Shown here: positions 26,001-38,809 of the stretch, one piece after another
Layout of the letters: each line of letters starts with the position of its first letter
How positions within the stretch are numbered: the first letter of the stretch is position 1
DNA from: Raillietiella orientalis
Lineage: Eukaryota
Direction: 5' to 3'
Length of the DNA: 64,000 bases
Assembly (NCBI GenBank): GCA_036172245.1
Contig: JAYWIR010000001.1
Coordinates: forward strand, 8,866,001-8,930,000
Made by a program: the position numbers and the translations under genes
The notes under the pieces: generated by a model
Told to the model about the DNA's origin: nothing
The model's input: the letters and a program-made list of their open reading frames with translations, nothing else
Database searches by the model: none

Positions 26001-28168
26001 AGGAGCGAGCCCTCTTCGTCTCTCCGAGTCAGGCAGTGGGCAGCAGTCACCACGTATCGGGGGCTTATCAAAGTCCCGCCGCAGCCCCAGAAGAAGAACT
26101 GTTTCTTGTCTGCAAGGCAACAGGGAAGGTCACAAGGACGTCTCGGAGGAGCGGAGGAGGGGGTGAATCTCTGAGATCTACCGAGCTTGTGGGGAGACGG
26201 ACCACCGCACGGGGTGAGCGGAAGAGGGAGGGACGCCCCTGGGAGCTTAGGATCATCCTGTCTCTTGGGAAGGGCAAGAGGGATGGAACGGGCACGATGC
26301 TAATGTTACCCACGAGCGCCGGGGGCCGCTCGATGATCCCCATCGTGTCGGAGCTCAAGTGTTCGGCAGCAGCATCCTCAAGGAGGGAAAGAAAGAGGAG
26401 AGAATCTGCACTGAAAAGAGGAGGAGGAGAAGGAAGGCATAAAAAAGGATGATGAGGAGGGAAAGCTCTCTCTCTTTGGGATTTGCGCTTGTGCGGTGAA
26501 AGGTGCGCCGAAAAGAAAGGACCTGGGACGATAGAGTCTCCACCTCTTTCCTCTCGTTCTCACGCAGGCTGGAAAGCAGACCTGCACAGCTGAATCGTGG
26601 AAAAGCCTCCCGGAAAGTCAGGCGGGAAGGACAAGTCAGGAAAAAATGGCAAAGGGTGTCAGAGGAGACACCTTGGTCCTCTCCCCTCGAGTTTCCGAGG
26701 CCGGCTACAGGGAGGGAATCTGGGGCATGCGGATTGTCTCTTCCCCTTTTTCTAGGTTTGTCCTCCTCCTGTCGCCGATCTTTCTGTTCCTCCTCCTTCT
26801 GCTCGAGGAGGAGAGGGAGGAGGGAAAGACCGTCCATGGAAACGCAGCAGACTGGAAAGGATTGACGTGCGGAAGCGAGACTGTAGGTCTGCCTGTCGGA
26901 CCGTTGCTCTTCCTCCATTTTTGGAGCGTCATCTTGGCGTCCCAGCGCACATGACGCCCGAAGAAACTCGAGAGACTCCGCTGGAAAACAGTCCCGGGAC
27001 CTGGCGTGCGACCCACACCTCTTCCCCTCACTCCCTTTCTCTCGGCATCTCCCCGGAGAATGAGCAGGTCCACCGTCCTTCTGGAATGCTGGAGATCTGA
27101 GACGAAAAGTCAGAATCTTCTCAGAGAGAACGCGTGGGGGATACAGAGGACCCTCTGCGAAAGGAAGAAGTATCACAGGGATTTTCCCGACAAGTGGCTG
27201 CGACAGCTGCCCACCTCGAACAGAATCCGCACGTTCCTCATCCGGCAGAGCAGAAAGAGAAGGAAATTCAAGAAGACAGGAGGGAGGGTGGGGGTGCAAC
27301 AAGCCGAAAAGGTCCTTTCCGAATGTATGGAACTTCCTTGGGGAGTTCACGCACCATGGGAGCAGGCGAGCGTTCCCCTCGCGTGCTCTTCTTACATCGT
27401 GCACTTTCACTTTCGAATACCCGCGAGGAAGAGGGAGCGAAAGGATGTTTCCTGCCTCCAAGACAACATTCTTGCGCACGTCTGTTCCCCTCGAATGGAA
27501 CTGGGTCGCCATCGTTACTGATGACACGCAAAGCTGCTGCGCGCAAGCCGCTGATCTCCCTCCCACCTCTCCAGCCACGTGGAGGCACTGAAGGTGAAAA
27601 CGAGAGCAGGAAAAGCATCTTTGCAAAAAAAAAATTACCTACATATCCGAGGACCACGATCCAAGGCCAAGATCCAACAGCCGCCTCCTCTCCGCCGAAG
27701 ATCCTCAAAGATGAATCAACAGCAGAGGAGGAATCGCATTTTGAGTAAACCAGAGTTTCGTTTTGCATGGAGCTTTCTTCGTTCTGCATCTTTCCTTCTC
27801 CACCCACGCCACTAAGCCTGGGTTGATCTACGGGACAACACACTTTTGGAGTACCACCGCTGAATCCGCATCCATGCTCCCGCAAAACTGAGGACCCTTT
27901 CAGCGAATCTGCGTGCAAGAGGGACAGGAGGGACAAGCAGGATCCAGTTTCCCTACACAAGCCCTGGTGCGTGAGATTGAAAACGCACAATTCACTGTCT
28001 ACAGGAAAAACGATTCCTGTATAGGGAGGGAAGCTGCAATTCGTCCTCTTTCTAAACAGGAAGAGACTTACCGGCGTCGATCAGCAGCGAGGAGGACATT
28101 AACAGCGAAACGCCAAGGCGGAGTAGCACAGAGCGGGGCAGGTTCGGGAGATCGGACCTAGGTGACAT
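17081..28168 (-). CDS. Clip-domain serine protease (~381 aa) with signal peptide and a chymotrypsin-type S1 pocket
   Basis: Exons: 28168-28072 (MSPRSDLPNLPRSVLLRLGVSLLMSSSLLIDA), 27998-27639 (6-Cys clip domain, LR|IFGG, SWPWIVVLGY), 26109-26001 (GCGGTLI..VVTAAHC), 25936-25770 (NDIGLV), 25716-25618 (AICLP..AGWG), 17394-17081 (STCQGDSGGP, PGVFTRV, stop). Exon lengths sum to 1146 nt in frame. One intron is GC-AG. Confidence 0.93.
18750..23500 (-). mobile_element. Long decayed L1/Tx1-like LINE inside the last intron of protease 2
   Basis: Minus-strand remnants occur in LINE order: knuckle-like CRECASLYGHLQVK (~22690), RT-like FVAFVCLNEQK / NPLLWSAL (~20630-20570), and a C-terminal region with YLEDTLFC (~19260). 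Many stops. Boundaries are approximate. Confidence 0.5.
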
Positions 28169-28349
28169 TCTGGTGGAACTTTCACTATCCCTTCAGGCAC
28201 GAGTGTGTAATCAAGGTCGGGTTGCTTGTGGTGTAGTCGTCGCCATTCTGAAGACGGCGGAGCCAGACGAGCCATTTATGCCCAATTAGAATCTGCTGCG
28301 AGGGAATGACGTTCGAAAGTTCTATGCAAACAAAACATCCAAGAGAAAG

Positions 28350-28372
28350 CTCTCTCTCTCTCTCTCTCTCTC
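28350..28372. repeat. (CT)n microsatellite just upstream of protease 2 start
   Basis: ctctctctctctctctctctctc seen directly. Confidence 0.9.
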
Positions 28373-29699
28373 CCGAAGAAATCCTCGCTTTCGCAATTTT
28401 TTCATAGCACATCAAGTGCGAATTTGGTTTTCTCACTCGCTCGTATTTATCGCACCACCAGATGAAACATCCGTGTTGATTGCCTATTTATTTGCTTGAG
28501 CACCCCGCAGTGCGACAGTGAAAACATTTCACTGCAGCAACTGTTATCCGGTCATTTTCGGTACCACCGATAGCTAATAAACTCATCGACAAGAGAATTG
28601 CCTCCGTCGTTACGTAGAGCATTGGGGAGAAGCGTGCCGAGCAGCCGGCTCCAGTTCACGGGTTTTCCCACGTCTTGAAAACGCACACGAAACCACGCGG
28701 CGAAATCCGGCACCAAGTGGGATCGACGTGACCTGCGAACAAAAACAATCAGGAGACAACGAGCCGATCCTGCACACAAAAACACGCCGAGATTCATCGT
28801 GAGAAACTGTAGCTCGAATGAAATCCTTATGCGCAAGTCATATAAGCTGACATCGGAGTGAACTGAGGATCCGCTGGGTGGGTGGGGGGTGGGGCTGGGT
28901 GGGGAAGATGGCGTGTTGCGCGCTTCCAAAGCATGGGCTCGGTGTGCTCAGCCCGACCGAGCGGTGCCACCTCACGGTCGCAAATCCACCAGGAGCCTGG
29001 AAGGACGCGGAAGAGGAACGGCGTGACACTCAAGGGAAGACGTGCTCGGCGGAGTCGTGCCAGAATGCGCGGCCGCTGCAGGCCGATCAAAGCGCACACA
29101 TGCACACCACTCATCTCCCTTCTGGGGGGCTGAACGGAGTACGATCGGCGGAACGCGGGAAGAAACCAAAGATGCGGTAAGAACCTCAGCCCTCTCTAGA
29201 AACCGCGGGAATGGCGGAAGTGGGGCAGAGTGGTTGTGCGAGGGAGGAGGGAGGACTTGGTTTTCTCCTCACCTGGTTCTGCGCTGCACTCTGCAGTTCC
29301 ATTCCTTCTTTGCGCAGCGCGTCCGTCCGTTCCTGCTTTTCTCTCCTCCCACTTGACTTTCTGACCGTGAGCGACTGCCCTGCATCGTTTTCTGCAGCAT
29401 CCTCCCTTCCGATCCCCAATTCTCGCACCTTCCTCCTCTCTGCGTTCATCACGCGTGATCATATGAAGCTACTCTGGCGCTGCTCGAGTCATGTCCTCCT
29501 TTGAGCCTGTCGCAGCCCTCAACCTTCCCCCCACTCCTCATCCATGAAACACCGTCCACTACCTCTGTATTTTGGACTCTATAGAAACAAATCGTAACAG
29601 CATAGTTTCCCGCTAGGCGCAGATGAAGAGAAGAGAGTGCAGGGTCTTCCTCCCTCTCTCTCCGCGTACCTTGGTGGGTCTCCCCGCACACCGGCCCGA

Positions 29700-32600
29700 C
29701 CTGAGAGCTGCTCCCACTTTGCTCCCAAAGCCACATGACGAGGAAAACTAGGGAGACGAGAAATCCACGGAGGGTTCCATCCAGCTTCAGCTTCCCGCAA
29801 GAGGATGTGGAAAGGCAGAAGGACGGTTGGCTCGATGCTGGAGATCTCTCGCACCTTTTGCGTGAGAGAAGAACTCACCAGGTTTCGATGAGTTCCTCTC
29901 GGAGGATTGGAAAGTGTCCAACCATAGCGCCAGCAATGACAAAATACGGGGATGCTCACGCACTCCTGACCCATATAGCCTCCTCCACAGACGCTCTCTC
30001 CTCCTTCTCCCCCACCGTATAGGACAGATCGAATTCTACGGCCGAGAGTCACAGAAATTGGACGAATGTGTCCAAGAAAACACTGGAAAAGAGGAGCATC
30101 CTGGGTTCAGATTTGGGAATTTAAAGTACGGTTCTCCAGATGTTGGTCCAGCAACGCGGAACGCTTCAGATGGAAGTGCAATCACTCGATGTAAAAGGAA
30201 AAGGTGTGCTACTGGAGAAGGTTTAAAAGAAAGAAAAAACGAAGGTCGAGTCAGTATTAGAGTCTGAATAAGGAGCAGAGACTTAATCGCAGAAAGTACG
30301 GACGACGCAGAGTCTGACAGCCAAATAGGAGCCGAGCAAGCACAAATGAGGAGACCTACGCATCATCCCAAGGAAAAGAAGAACTCAAAGACGAGAAAAG
30401 CTTCCAAATAAGTGAGATGGCTTCGATCCTATAGACGACCTCTCAGGGTGCCTCCTGAGAGATCATCTGGCGTTGGAACCAGAAGTGGAGGCATACTTCA
30501 TGCGGATCATCAGACATGACCACACCAAGACTTCCAGGAAATGCATAATATGGACCAAAACATGGGTCTGGAACTCCAAAGTCTGCTGGGCACTCAATTG
30601 TTTGTCAGTGAGAGCGCCAGATATACCAAAGGAGTGGCGATCCTCGTGAGGAACGAGTTATCGCACACCATCCTGGAGATGTCTGTTGCCTGAGAAGACA
30701 GCATAATCGGAGTCAGCATTGCTGTACACCACACAGAGGCAAAGAGTTCACCTCTTTCTGATGAAAGTGTACGAATCGACAAAGGAAAACATTTGGGCGC
30801 GGGAGCGAGATCTTACCCTGGGTCTTACTGTCATCATCGTGGGTGACCTAAATATCCTTCATGAAATCAGTGATGAGGAGATTCTGGAGAAAAGAAAATG
30901 TGTCGTCCACTGCATAAAAAGATGCAGACTATAATGGCTCACAGCCAGCCACAAGTCAGTCGACTGTGTCTTTTACAGACAGAGAATCCCTAACAGTCTG
31001 GAGGGATTCCGGACCACCCAGACCTTGCCCTCGTATTATCCGCTGCTGGAGTTCACATCTGACAGAGAATTTTCTGAAGTTGAAGCAAGGACCGCTCTCA
31101 TCTCCGCCTGGTTCGAAACGCATCCCTGCCACCAGGAATTTATCGAAACCACACTGCGGAACACCACCGTTTGAAGCGCCTATGACCTTGAAGCACACAC
31201 TGTACCTGCATTGCGATATGCAATTCGGAGATAGGAACACCTGGGTGGAAGCGCATCAGGAGTTTAACATTTAGGTTTCCGGATCACTCCCGTTTCGAGC
31301 GCTGAGACCATGTACGAGAGAGGGCACGCATCTACCAGCGCAAAGTGTGAATTGGAGTACTGGAAAAGAGGAATATATCTTCTGCATCCAGGGCGAAAAT
31401 CAGGTCCAGGATAATGGCTGGTTTGGAGTACCGCTGCACCAACAACTTTCTGTGAAACCAACCGAGCCAGTCAGAACAGGATATCATCCTGCGCTACATT
31501 GACAAGAAAGTCAACCAACAGCAGTCAGAAAGGATGGAAGAAGATTCACCCGTCGAGAGAATCAGTATTGAGTTCTTGGGGCTGCGTAAGGGACAACGGG
31601 GTCCGATAATGTGCCCAGTTCTCACCATCCGTGCTTCCTGCAAGCCTTCCAACGCCTGTTGCACTAACGGGCACTGAAGATTACAGGACAGATCTCCCGG
31701 TCTCGTTCGACGGAAGCAGGATACGATTACTACCAAGAGGACAAGACTCGAATACGGTCGCCTAGTGGCGGCAAGTCTCCATCCTGTGAAATAGCTGGTA
31801 AAGATGTAGATCATCCGGTGCCGTAAAGCAGCGGTGGTCTCCTCGAAGCACACATGGGTAGTACCCGGCCGTCCCTAATCTGACAACGCCAAGTGCGCCC
31901 AAGTTACAGTCGATACCTCGGTAAAGAGCCGATGCTTCATTGGAGAAAGCGTCTGATATGGAAAAATCATGGTGCACATATCAGGATCTTGGGAAATCTT
32001 ATGTTCTCACCTCAGTCCTTTAAGTGCTTGAAGTTGGTCCCCAAAGAAGTTCACTTCAAGACACCAATAAGAGGGAGAGAGGCGAAAACAATCCGGAGGG
32101 AAACGGGTATCCGACAGGGAAATGCTCACAGTCCGATGCTTTCGATCTTCTACATGAAAGCGGTGTTATCGATGATCCGCCAGGGATTCCTCCTGAAATG
32201 CGAAGGCATAGATGGACAACAACCGACTTTCCTGAATCACGCTGACGGTCTTCTCTTTCTGAAAGGTGAGAGGGATACGCACGCGTTTAAAAGAAGATGA
32301 AGATGGGCTAGGCCTAGTATTTTGAACGACGCCCATAAATAGAAACTTTTGCTCATCGAAATCCTGGACTTCACCGCTCCAACGGCAAACGGATTCTGAG
32401 TAGTGAACCAAGTGAAGTATCTAAACATCCACACTGGGGAGGGGAAGGCCTCAGCGCTCAAAACATGCTGAGAAGATGTCCTAGGAAACGTAACAGAAGA
32501 AGCGGCCAAATGCAGCCGGTAGGATTCCTGCTTAAGGCAGAAGGTAAACTTGTGGAATGTCGCCCTGAGCCCCGAGTCATTCATCGAAGTGGTCTTCTAC

Positions 32601-33150
32601 CCAGTGCTAAAGAAAATGAAGCAGAAAATCCAGCGGAAGATCTAATCGAAGGTGAGGCTAAAACATGTGTGCCTCCCGAGGGATGAGGGAGTAGAGTAGC
32701 GCGTTCGATTCAGCCCAGCAGAGAGCTGCTGGGAGCTGCGGCTGAAGGAAGGGCACCCCACACGAAGGAGAGTTTACGGACGTCTCTGGGGTTGACGTCG
32801 AGGGTCCGAAGGATCGTTCCGTAAGGGGCCAGAGGGCAACACGGTCCACAAGCAGGTTCGGGAGGGATTCCCGTTACCCGCGCTTGCGACAGTCCAGGAT
32901 CTCACTCCTCAGCTTCCAGTGGTGTCCTCCAGGAGTTGCAGGGAAGACCCTAGTGCAGCAGCAGAAGTGCAGACTCCTCCAAGGGGATGGGTATTGCTGT
33001 CCGCAAACACCAGGGGTCACTTCAGACCTGCCCGAAGAGTACCGAGCTGCTCGTCCCGGCGTTGAATTCATCGTGGAAGGGCGCTTGGAGTTGCAGCGTC
33101 CGTCAGCTGCCTCGTGGTCCAACCATTCATTCTCTTCTCTTCCTCCTGCA
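29700..33150 (+). mobile_element. Decayed L1/Tx1-clade LINE (ORF1 remnant, APE endonuclease, RT, C-terminus)
   Basis: Endonuclease remnants KGVAILV (~30630) and IIVGDLN (~30835). RT remnants TGIRQGNAHSPMLSIFYM (cf. GxRQGCPLSP) and NHADGL (cf. YADD) at 32100-32250, and VKYLNIH (cf. KYLG) at ~32415. Multiple stops and frameshifts. Confidence 0.8.
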
Positions 33151-33339
33151 TGAGATCTCGAAGGAGACCTCCCACCTGGGTGGTTGGCTGCTGCCATTCG
33201 CCTCCCTCAGGGAGGGCAGAGCGGCGGCAAGTGGGTGACTGCCGGGCGGAGGCATCCCGGCGTCGTACGGGAGGAAGAGGGACTTCTACCCCGAGACCAA
33301 GGTGCGGAATGGTCTGGCCAGACGGATGCGGACGCCGAA

Positions 33340-33516
33340 CCTGCTCTCCTGGTTCACTGGGGGTGTCGAAAAGAACGGACGAGAGCTAGCGTCACCCTAA
33401 GAGGGGGAACTCGAAACTCAAGATGCATTTGTCAATGCTTTCCCGGGTGGGACTGGAACCCGCGACTCTTGGCATCACTCGCAGCGACAGCAGCTGCACG
33501 GCCACCGACGCGGGCC
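33340..33516 (-). mobile_element. SINE-like family 1 head fragment
   Basis: Minus strand reads gcccgcgtcggtggccgtg...gtcgcgggttccagtccc...gagtttcgagttccccc, i.e. two B-box-like motifs. Confidence 0.65.
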
Positions 33517-34319
33517 AAAATCTTGAGGCGCGCTCGTGCGCACTCTGGGACCGGATGCGTCCTAAGGACGATTGTCGTCCTGGTGATAACTCATGCGTCC
33601 AGCTTCCCTCCGTACACTCATCCGCCAAACGCTCGGATGGCACTTCTGACTCAGAGGAAAGAGATATTGTAGCTGTCGGAAGTGAGGATGGTCGCAGGGT
33701 GGTGAAAGCACCTGGATGATGATCGTGCTCCTGGGAAGGTGCTGCATGGCCACGGGAAGAGGGATGAGAATCCTTCCCTGATAGGACGCTTCTGCGCACT
33801 GATTGTACCGCACTGACCACTGTCTTAAACCCCTGCGCGTCCTAGCAACAGGTAGAAGGAAACAGGCAGGTCGAGCTGCTGAGCAAGTCCTAGGTGGTCA
33901 AAAGATGCCCCCTCGACCACGCACCAAAAAAGGTCGGGGGGTTTCGACTGACCACGTCGGGAAGCGACCCTGGCCGACGGACGAAGGGAGGTCGTGATCG
34001 AGGGGCGAGGCACTGACATCCAGTGCCTCGGGTCGTCGGCGCGCGGGACCTGACCTTTTCTTGAGAAGAGGGCGCCACGTTGTCCACCACGCCGGACGCG
34101 TGCCGTCCGTACGAGATCGTGCCCGTGCTCCCACGAAGGCGAGCACGAAAGGGGAGGGAAGAAACTGCAACTACGTGCTCTCCGTCTCCCTCCCAGCAGT
34201 TCCAGCAGGGTTGTTGCAGCAGCAGCCATAGGGCGACGGACACGCTTTCCGAGAGCTGATGATGGACAAAAAAGAGCACCTTTGAGGCTGTGGCGTGAAA
34301 TCAACAAAAGTCCTATAGC

Positions 34320-34887
34320 AGCGATGCCACAGGATACCGCCATGGAGTTCCAGGGGGGAAGAGTTCCTCTCGATGGACGCTCATGGAGGACGGGCGTTCG
34401 CCCCGACGGAATCTTCCCTCGCACCATCAGGAGCTCTGTGGCTGCTTCCCCAACACCAGCAGCCATGGCAGAATAAAGGGCCGATCTGAAGGGAGGCTTC
34501 CCAACATCAACCTCCTCTACAAGGTAGGAGGAGCTTCGTGCTCGGTGGTGGTCCATCTAACAAGGATAACTTTCCGCATGAAGGGAGATGACGCGCGGAA
34601 CGAACTTTCGAAATATAGGACGGTGCACGAGGTGTGGGCTAAGCCCACTCCTTTCGAGGGTCACGAGGGGCTACCTTGTGGCCTTTCTACAGCGCGCATA
34701 ACCGTCCTCAAGGGTCTTGGGCTTCACCACCAACTTGAAGTCTCCGGGCAACCGGTCGACTTGTGGTGCGCGGGGAATCCCAAGTGTTGCGCGCACTGCC
34801 ACACTTCGGGACACCAGAGAAAAAGATGCCCCAAAATACAGTGTTGGGTGTGCCAGGCAAGGGACACACGCCAAAAGTGTGTCCCTT
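34320..34887 (+). mobile_element. L1/Tx1 ORF1 fragment with zinc knuckles
   Basis: RNELSKYRTVHEV...LEVSGQPVDLWCAGNPKCCAHCHTSGHQRKRCPKIQCWVCQ (CX2CX4HX4C). Truncated where the SINE head begins. Confidence 0.8.
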
Positions 34888-35860
34888 GCCCGCGTCCGAG
34901 GCCTTGTGGTTAAGGCTTCCGCGTGTGGCACCATGAGTCGCGGGTTCGAATACTTCGGCAGAAACTCTGACGCCACTGCGTCGTCGGATTCCGAGTTTCT
35001 CCTGCAACGGCGCTGGTTGGCCTAATCATTCGGGCGTGGCACCGGCGGTGGATTAAGCCGGAGGCCCCCGATGAAGGCCGCAACAATGGGAGTCGACCTT
35101 CGGGTCTTCCCAGGAATAAAGGAGTGGGGAGTTCCCCCTCCGATCGTACAACGGAGAGCGGACTCCCCCACCGGGGGACCCCTCCGGTTTCGAGAAGGAG
35201 CAGAAGCCCTCACGGGCACCTCTCCAGTTGTTCAAAGGAGCGGAACCTCCCCGTTGCGGGGGGGACCCTCCGAGTCGTCGCCTCTTCACAGAGTGCACAA
35301 GGAAGCAAGCGAAAGCGATTCCCTGCGGGAAGTTGCAGCGCCCCTTCTGAGTTTCGGAAGCGTCCCTTCGGGGTTCTCTTCAGAGGAGTGAACAGGAGCG
35401 GTTCCCTTGCGGGTTCCCTCCGGAGAAGAAATTCCTACAAGCGGATCCTTTCTGGGTTCCTTCGGAGAAGTTGAAATGGAGAGGACCACCCCCATTACGG
35501 AGGGTATCCCTCCGGAGAGAATGAGGAAGGAGATTCCCTTCAGGGTTCCCTGCGGAGACAACCAGGGTGGGAGGTGCAATCCCTCCTGTCAGGGGGGGAT
35601 CCCTCCCCAAGCGTGAGAGGAACGGACTCCGAGCCCTTTCTGGATTCATAGGGCGGACCCCCATCCCGGGGTGCCCCCTATCCTGAAGAATTACACTGAA
35701 GAATTACACCCCCTCCCCCCCTGCGGGCTGCCGCGGGCGGAGGGGCGTGGAAACAAAAGAGTGTGTTTAATGTTTAAAAAGAGCCACGTGCACCGCGAGG
35801 CATGCGACCGGCTCTGAGGTACTTAGCGAACCACAAAAATAAAACTCTTAAAAAAAAAGG
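34888..35860 (+). mobile_element. tRNA-headed SINE-like family 1, full-length-like copy
   Basis: Head gcccgcgtccgaggccttgtggttaaggc (A-box-like TGGTTAAGG), B-box gggttcgaata, body gaagcgtcccttcggggttctcttcagagg, internal ~40-bp subrepeats, and an A-rich end. Confidence 0.75.
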
Positions 35861-36699
35861 CTAAAAGAAAAACAGCATACAGAAGAAAAAAGAAGAACCC
35901 AAGGATTTCCATCGTCCTAGGCCAATAGTAACGATCTCCTCGTGGGGGTCGCTACTGGCCTTTAGAAAAAAAAAAAAAAACAGTGTGTCCCCTCCCCCTT
36001 CCTCTCTTCCAAAACAACCACCCGCGTCGCGGCTGCGAAAAGCAGCAAAAAGCACACGGAGAAAAAGAAGAAAATCGCCGCGAAGATACGCTTCTTCTGC
36101 TACATCAGCGAAGGCTGGCGCGCCGAGCACAACAAACCGTGTTGGAAACGGGGAGGAAAACAGCAGGAGGCTGGATGTCAGCAGGTAAAAAGCAAGAAGC
36201 AAACACAAAAGGAAAGGAAAAGAAATCGCGAAACGAAATGACGACGTCGCGCGTCATCCTTGAACGCGTCCCCGCGATCGGGGAAATACAGAAGGAAGGG
36301 AGCGAGGCGGTGGCGTCCATCGCCGCAGTCGACAACGACGGCGCACTCTCAGGGGCCGCGGAAGAGCTCTCAGATACAATGGGAGAGAGAGAAAAAAAAA
36401 AAGCGACGAATCGCACGACGAATCACAGCTGTGGGGCACACCTTGGTGCTCTTCAGCACGCATCCTTGCCAAGCGAGCAACCGGCTGCGAAGGACTGACG
36501 TCGGTCGTGGTGACCACCGAACGAAGTCCGAGCCATCTTGGCTCGCAGCTTCGCCACATATTTGCCTTGGTCCAATGGAATTCGTGGATCTCCGACCTCC
36601 CTGCGAACTGGACTGCCTGGCTGCGGGAGTCATTTCTCTCAAGGGGCAAAATCAACGGCACCAGCGAGATAGTGATACTCTCGTATGTGGTTGAAGGAG

Positions 36700-37391
36700 A
36701 TCCTGGATAACACCAGAAATCTACTTAGGGCGTCGTTTACCCCCTTGTCCCAGTTCTGTCCTCCCTACTAGAAGCAAAGGGCAGCCACCTTCCAAGTGGG
36801 AAGTCACGTGCACTATTGACAACAGAAAAAAAAAACATCTAAACGCGTGCACAACTCGGGAGCTGACGGTCGCTGCCACCCCGAGTGTCTCCAAAAGGAC
36901 TACTACTCTGGAAGGAACTGCTAAGAATTCCTCCAGAAGAGGTGCAGTGGCCCCTGGAGTGCTGGAACAATGCTACTTTCTCCCTCAATTGGCAGGAGTC
37001 GGTGATCCTTCTGTTGCATTGGGGCTTCCCGTGAGACGCCCGCTGACACCACTGGACCCGGGGGAGTGCAAGCCCCAACTGCAGCAGGCGAGGAGAAAGA
37101 AAGTCCTTCCCACACCTCTTCATGGATTGTGTTGCTATCTTCCTCCAGTGTGAGCTCTTTGCTGCGTCCCTGAGGATCCCCAAGGACAACTCCAGAGATA
37201 TTTTGAAGCGCCTCTTCCTGAGCAATGCCCTCACGCCGGCCGCATCCCTAGCAGCACTTTACTGCCTACGCGGGATTGCGGCTACACGGAGCAACTCCAG
37301 AGGAGGCCAGAACGATAGGGACGCCATGTATTTTGCCGTCCTCTTCATGAGGATAGCATCAAGATGGCCTCATCTGGGGAACTTGAAATAG
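36700..37391 (+). mobile_element. L1/Tx1 ORF2 C-terminal fragment
   Basis: WPLECWNNATFSLNWQESVILLLHW aligns with the 13533-13420 copy. It continues HLFMDCVAIF...RWPHLGNLK* and is followed by a T-rich 3'UTR-like tract. Confidence 0.65.
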
Positions 37392-38279
37392 GAACTTGCC
37401 GTCATTCTTAAAAGGATGCAGAGGACGTCCTCCAGCGCCCGGTGACTCTTCCCGAACCCTCCCAATTTTTTTTGTATATGTTTTCTTGTTTTATTTTTCT
37501 TTTTGTTTGTCCTTCTCCCCCATTGCTGTCGAGGCGAACCTCGCCGGCCTGCGGGTCGGTTCTCGGCAGGTTCCCATGGTTACGTTTGCAACGTGGCAGG
37601 ACCAAGCGTCCTGCCATTGACTTGTTGGTTTATTTTTTATAAATACACGCCCCGGCGCAACCGGGTGTCAACCCGGTGGTTCCAGTGTCACCTCGCGCCG
37701 CCAACATCAGGTCGGCGGGACCCCGAGTGCAGCGATGCGCACCAAGAGCTTGGAGTTTCAAGAACGCAACCTAACCAAACCTAACTCTGGTCCCCATTCT
37801 GAGGACCCTCAGAAAGACGACCGATCCTCTGTACAGGAGCTTCCTTCCTGGGGCACCCACAGCCAGGGAAGTGTTCCTGGAGTTGACCAGATTTCCGAAT
37901 CTCCCTTCTCCGGAGGTGCTGCAGGAACGAGGTCTCCTCTTCCGGTCGCCTCTCTGCAGATGCGGATTCGATCCTGGCGCGGCAGGTCAGAGCCCTCGAA
38001 TTCCACGAGGTCTGCGTCTCCTGTTCCAGAAAGAGTGCCGTCCTAGAGGCAGCTTCCAGCGCCTCTCAGGAGGAGAAAGACGCCCAGCGGCGCTCTCAGA
38101 GGTACCTGGAAGCCGTGCCCTACTCGTAGCCAGAGGTGGTCCCAGGAAACAGGCAGGAAGGAGACGATGGAAGAAAGCGGGGAACAAGGAAGAAAAGCGA
38201 TCACAAAAGGAAATAATACAGGCGTTTCTCCTCCTTCCTCCCTCCACCCCCAGAAAAACGCACGCGCATCTCTCTGTTT

Positions 38280-38550
38280 ATCGTGCGAACGGAGCCAGGA
38301 TGTTTGCCATGCCCGCCTTCGCTTCCCGACCGCGTCCTGGCCTCGCCCGCAAGACGTTGAGGGATCGCGTCTGAAAAGCCTTCGTTCGCATCCCCATCGC
38401 TCTTTCTGAGCGACGAGGTTCTGGGCATTCCCTTCATCCAGGGAATGCCCCAACCCATCGGTCCAGAGGACGCCGCGGCCATGTTGGACGTCGGGGACAA
38501 CCGCGAAGCGGAATTCACCTCGCCGAAGCGCAGCTCTCTCATCACCATCT
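38280..38550 (-). mobile_element. L1/Tx1 ORF2 C-terminal fragment
   Basis: RRRAWQTSWLRS matches RRRAWRTSWLRS at ~14180 at both nucleotide and peptide level. Confidence 0.55.
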
Positions 38551-38809
38551 CATCGGGAAAGGGGCGTAGGGAACCGATTGTTGGGACCCAGGCGATCGTC
38601 TGAAGCAGACAAGGAGGCAGAGGGGTCTTTGTGATCTTGGATCTCGGGAGCAGGACTCTGCTGCGTTACACACTTTGGGGACGAGTTCCAGCAGGTGCCG
38701 GGTGCACCTGCTGGAACGCTCCCCGGACTATCGGGAGCAGTTCCAGGCAAGAGAGCGGTCGACCAGGATGACCTGTAATGACTTCTGGTCCAGAGCGCCG
38801 CCGAAATCC

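Noticed and set aside
26355..27626. 423-aa minus-strand ORF
   Set aside because: It lies within an intron of protease 2, has low-complexity composition and shows no domain signature. Probably decayed repeat sequence.
35350..35600. CRISPR-like periodic repeats
   Set aside because: Degenerate subrepeats inside a SINE-like element in a eukaryotic context, with no constant repeat, no unique spacers and no cas genes.
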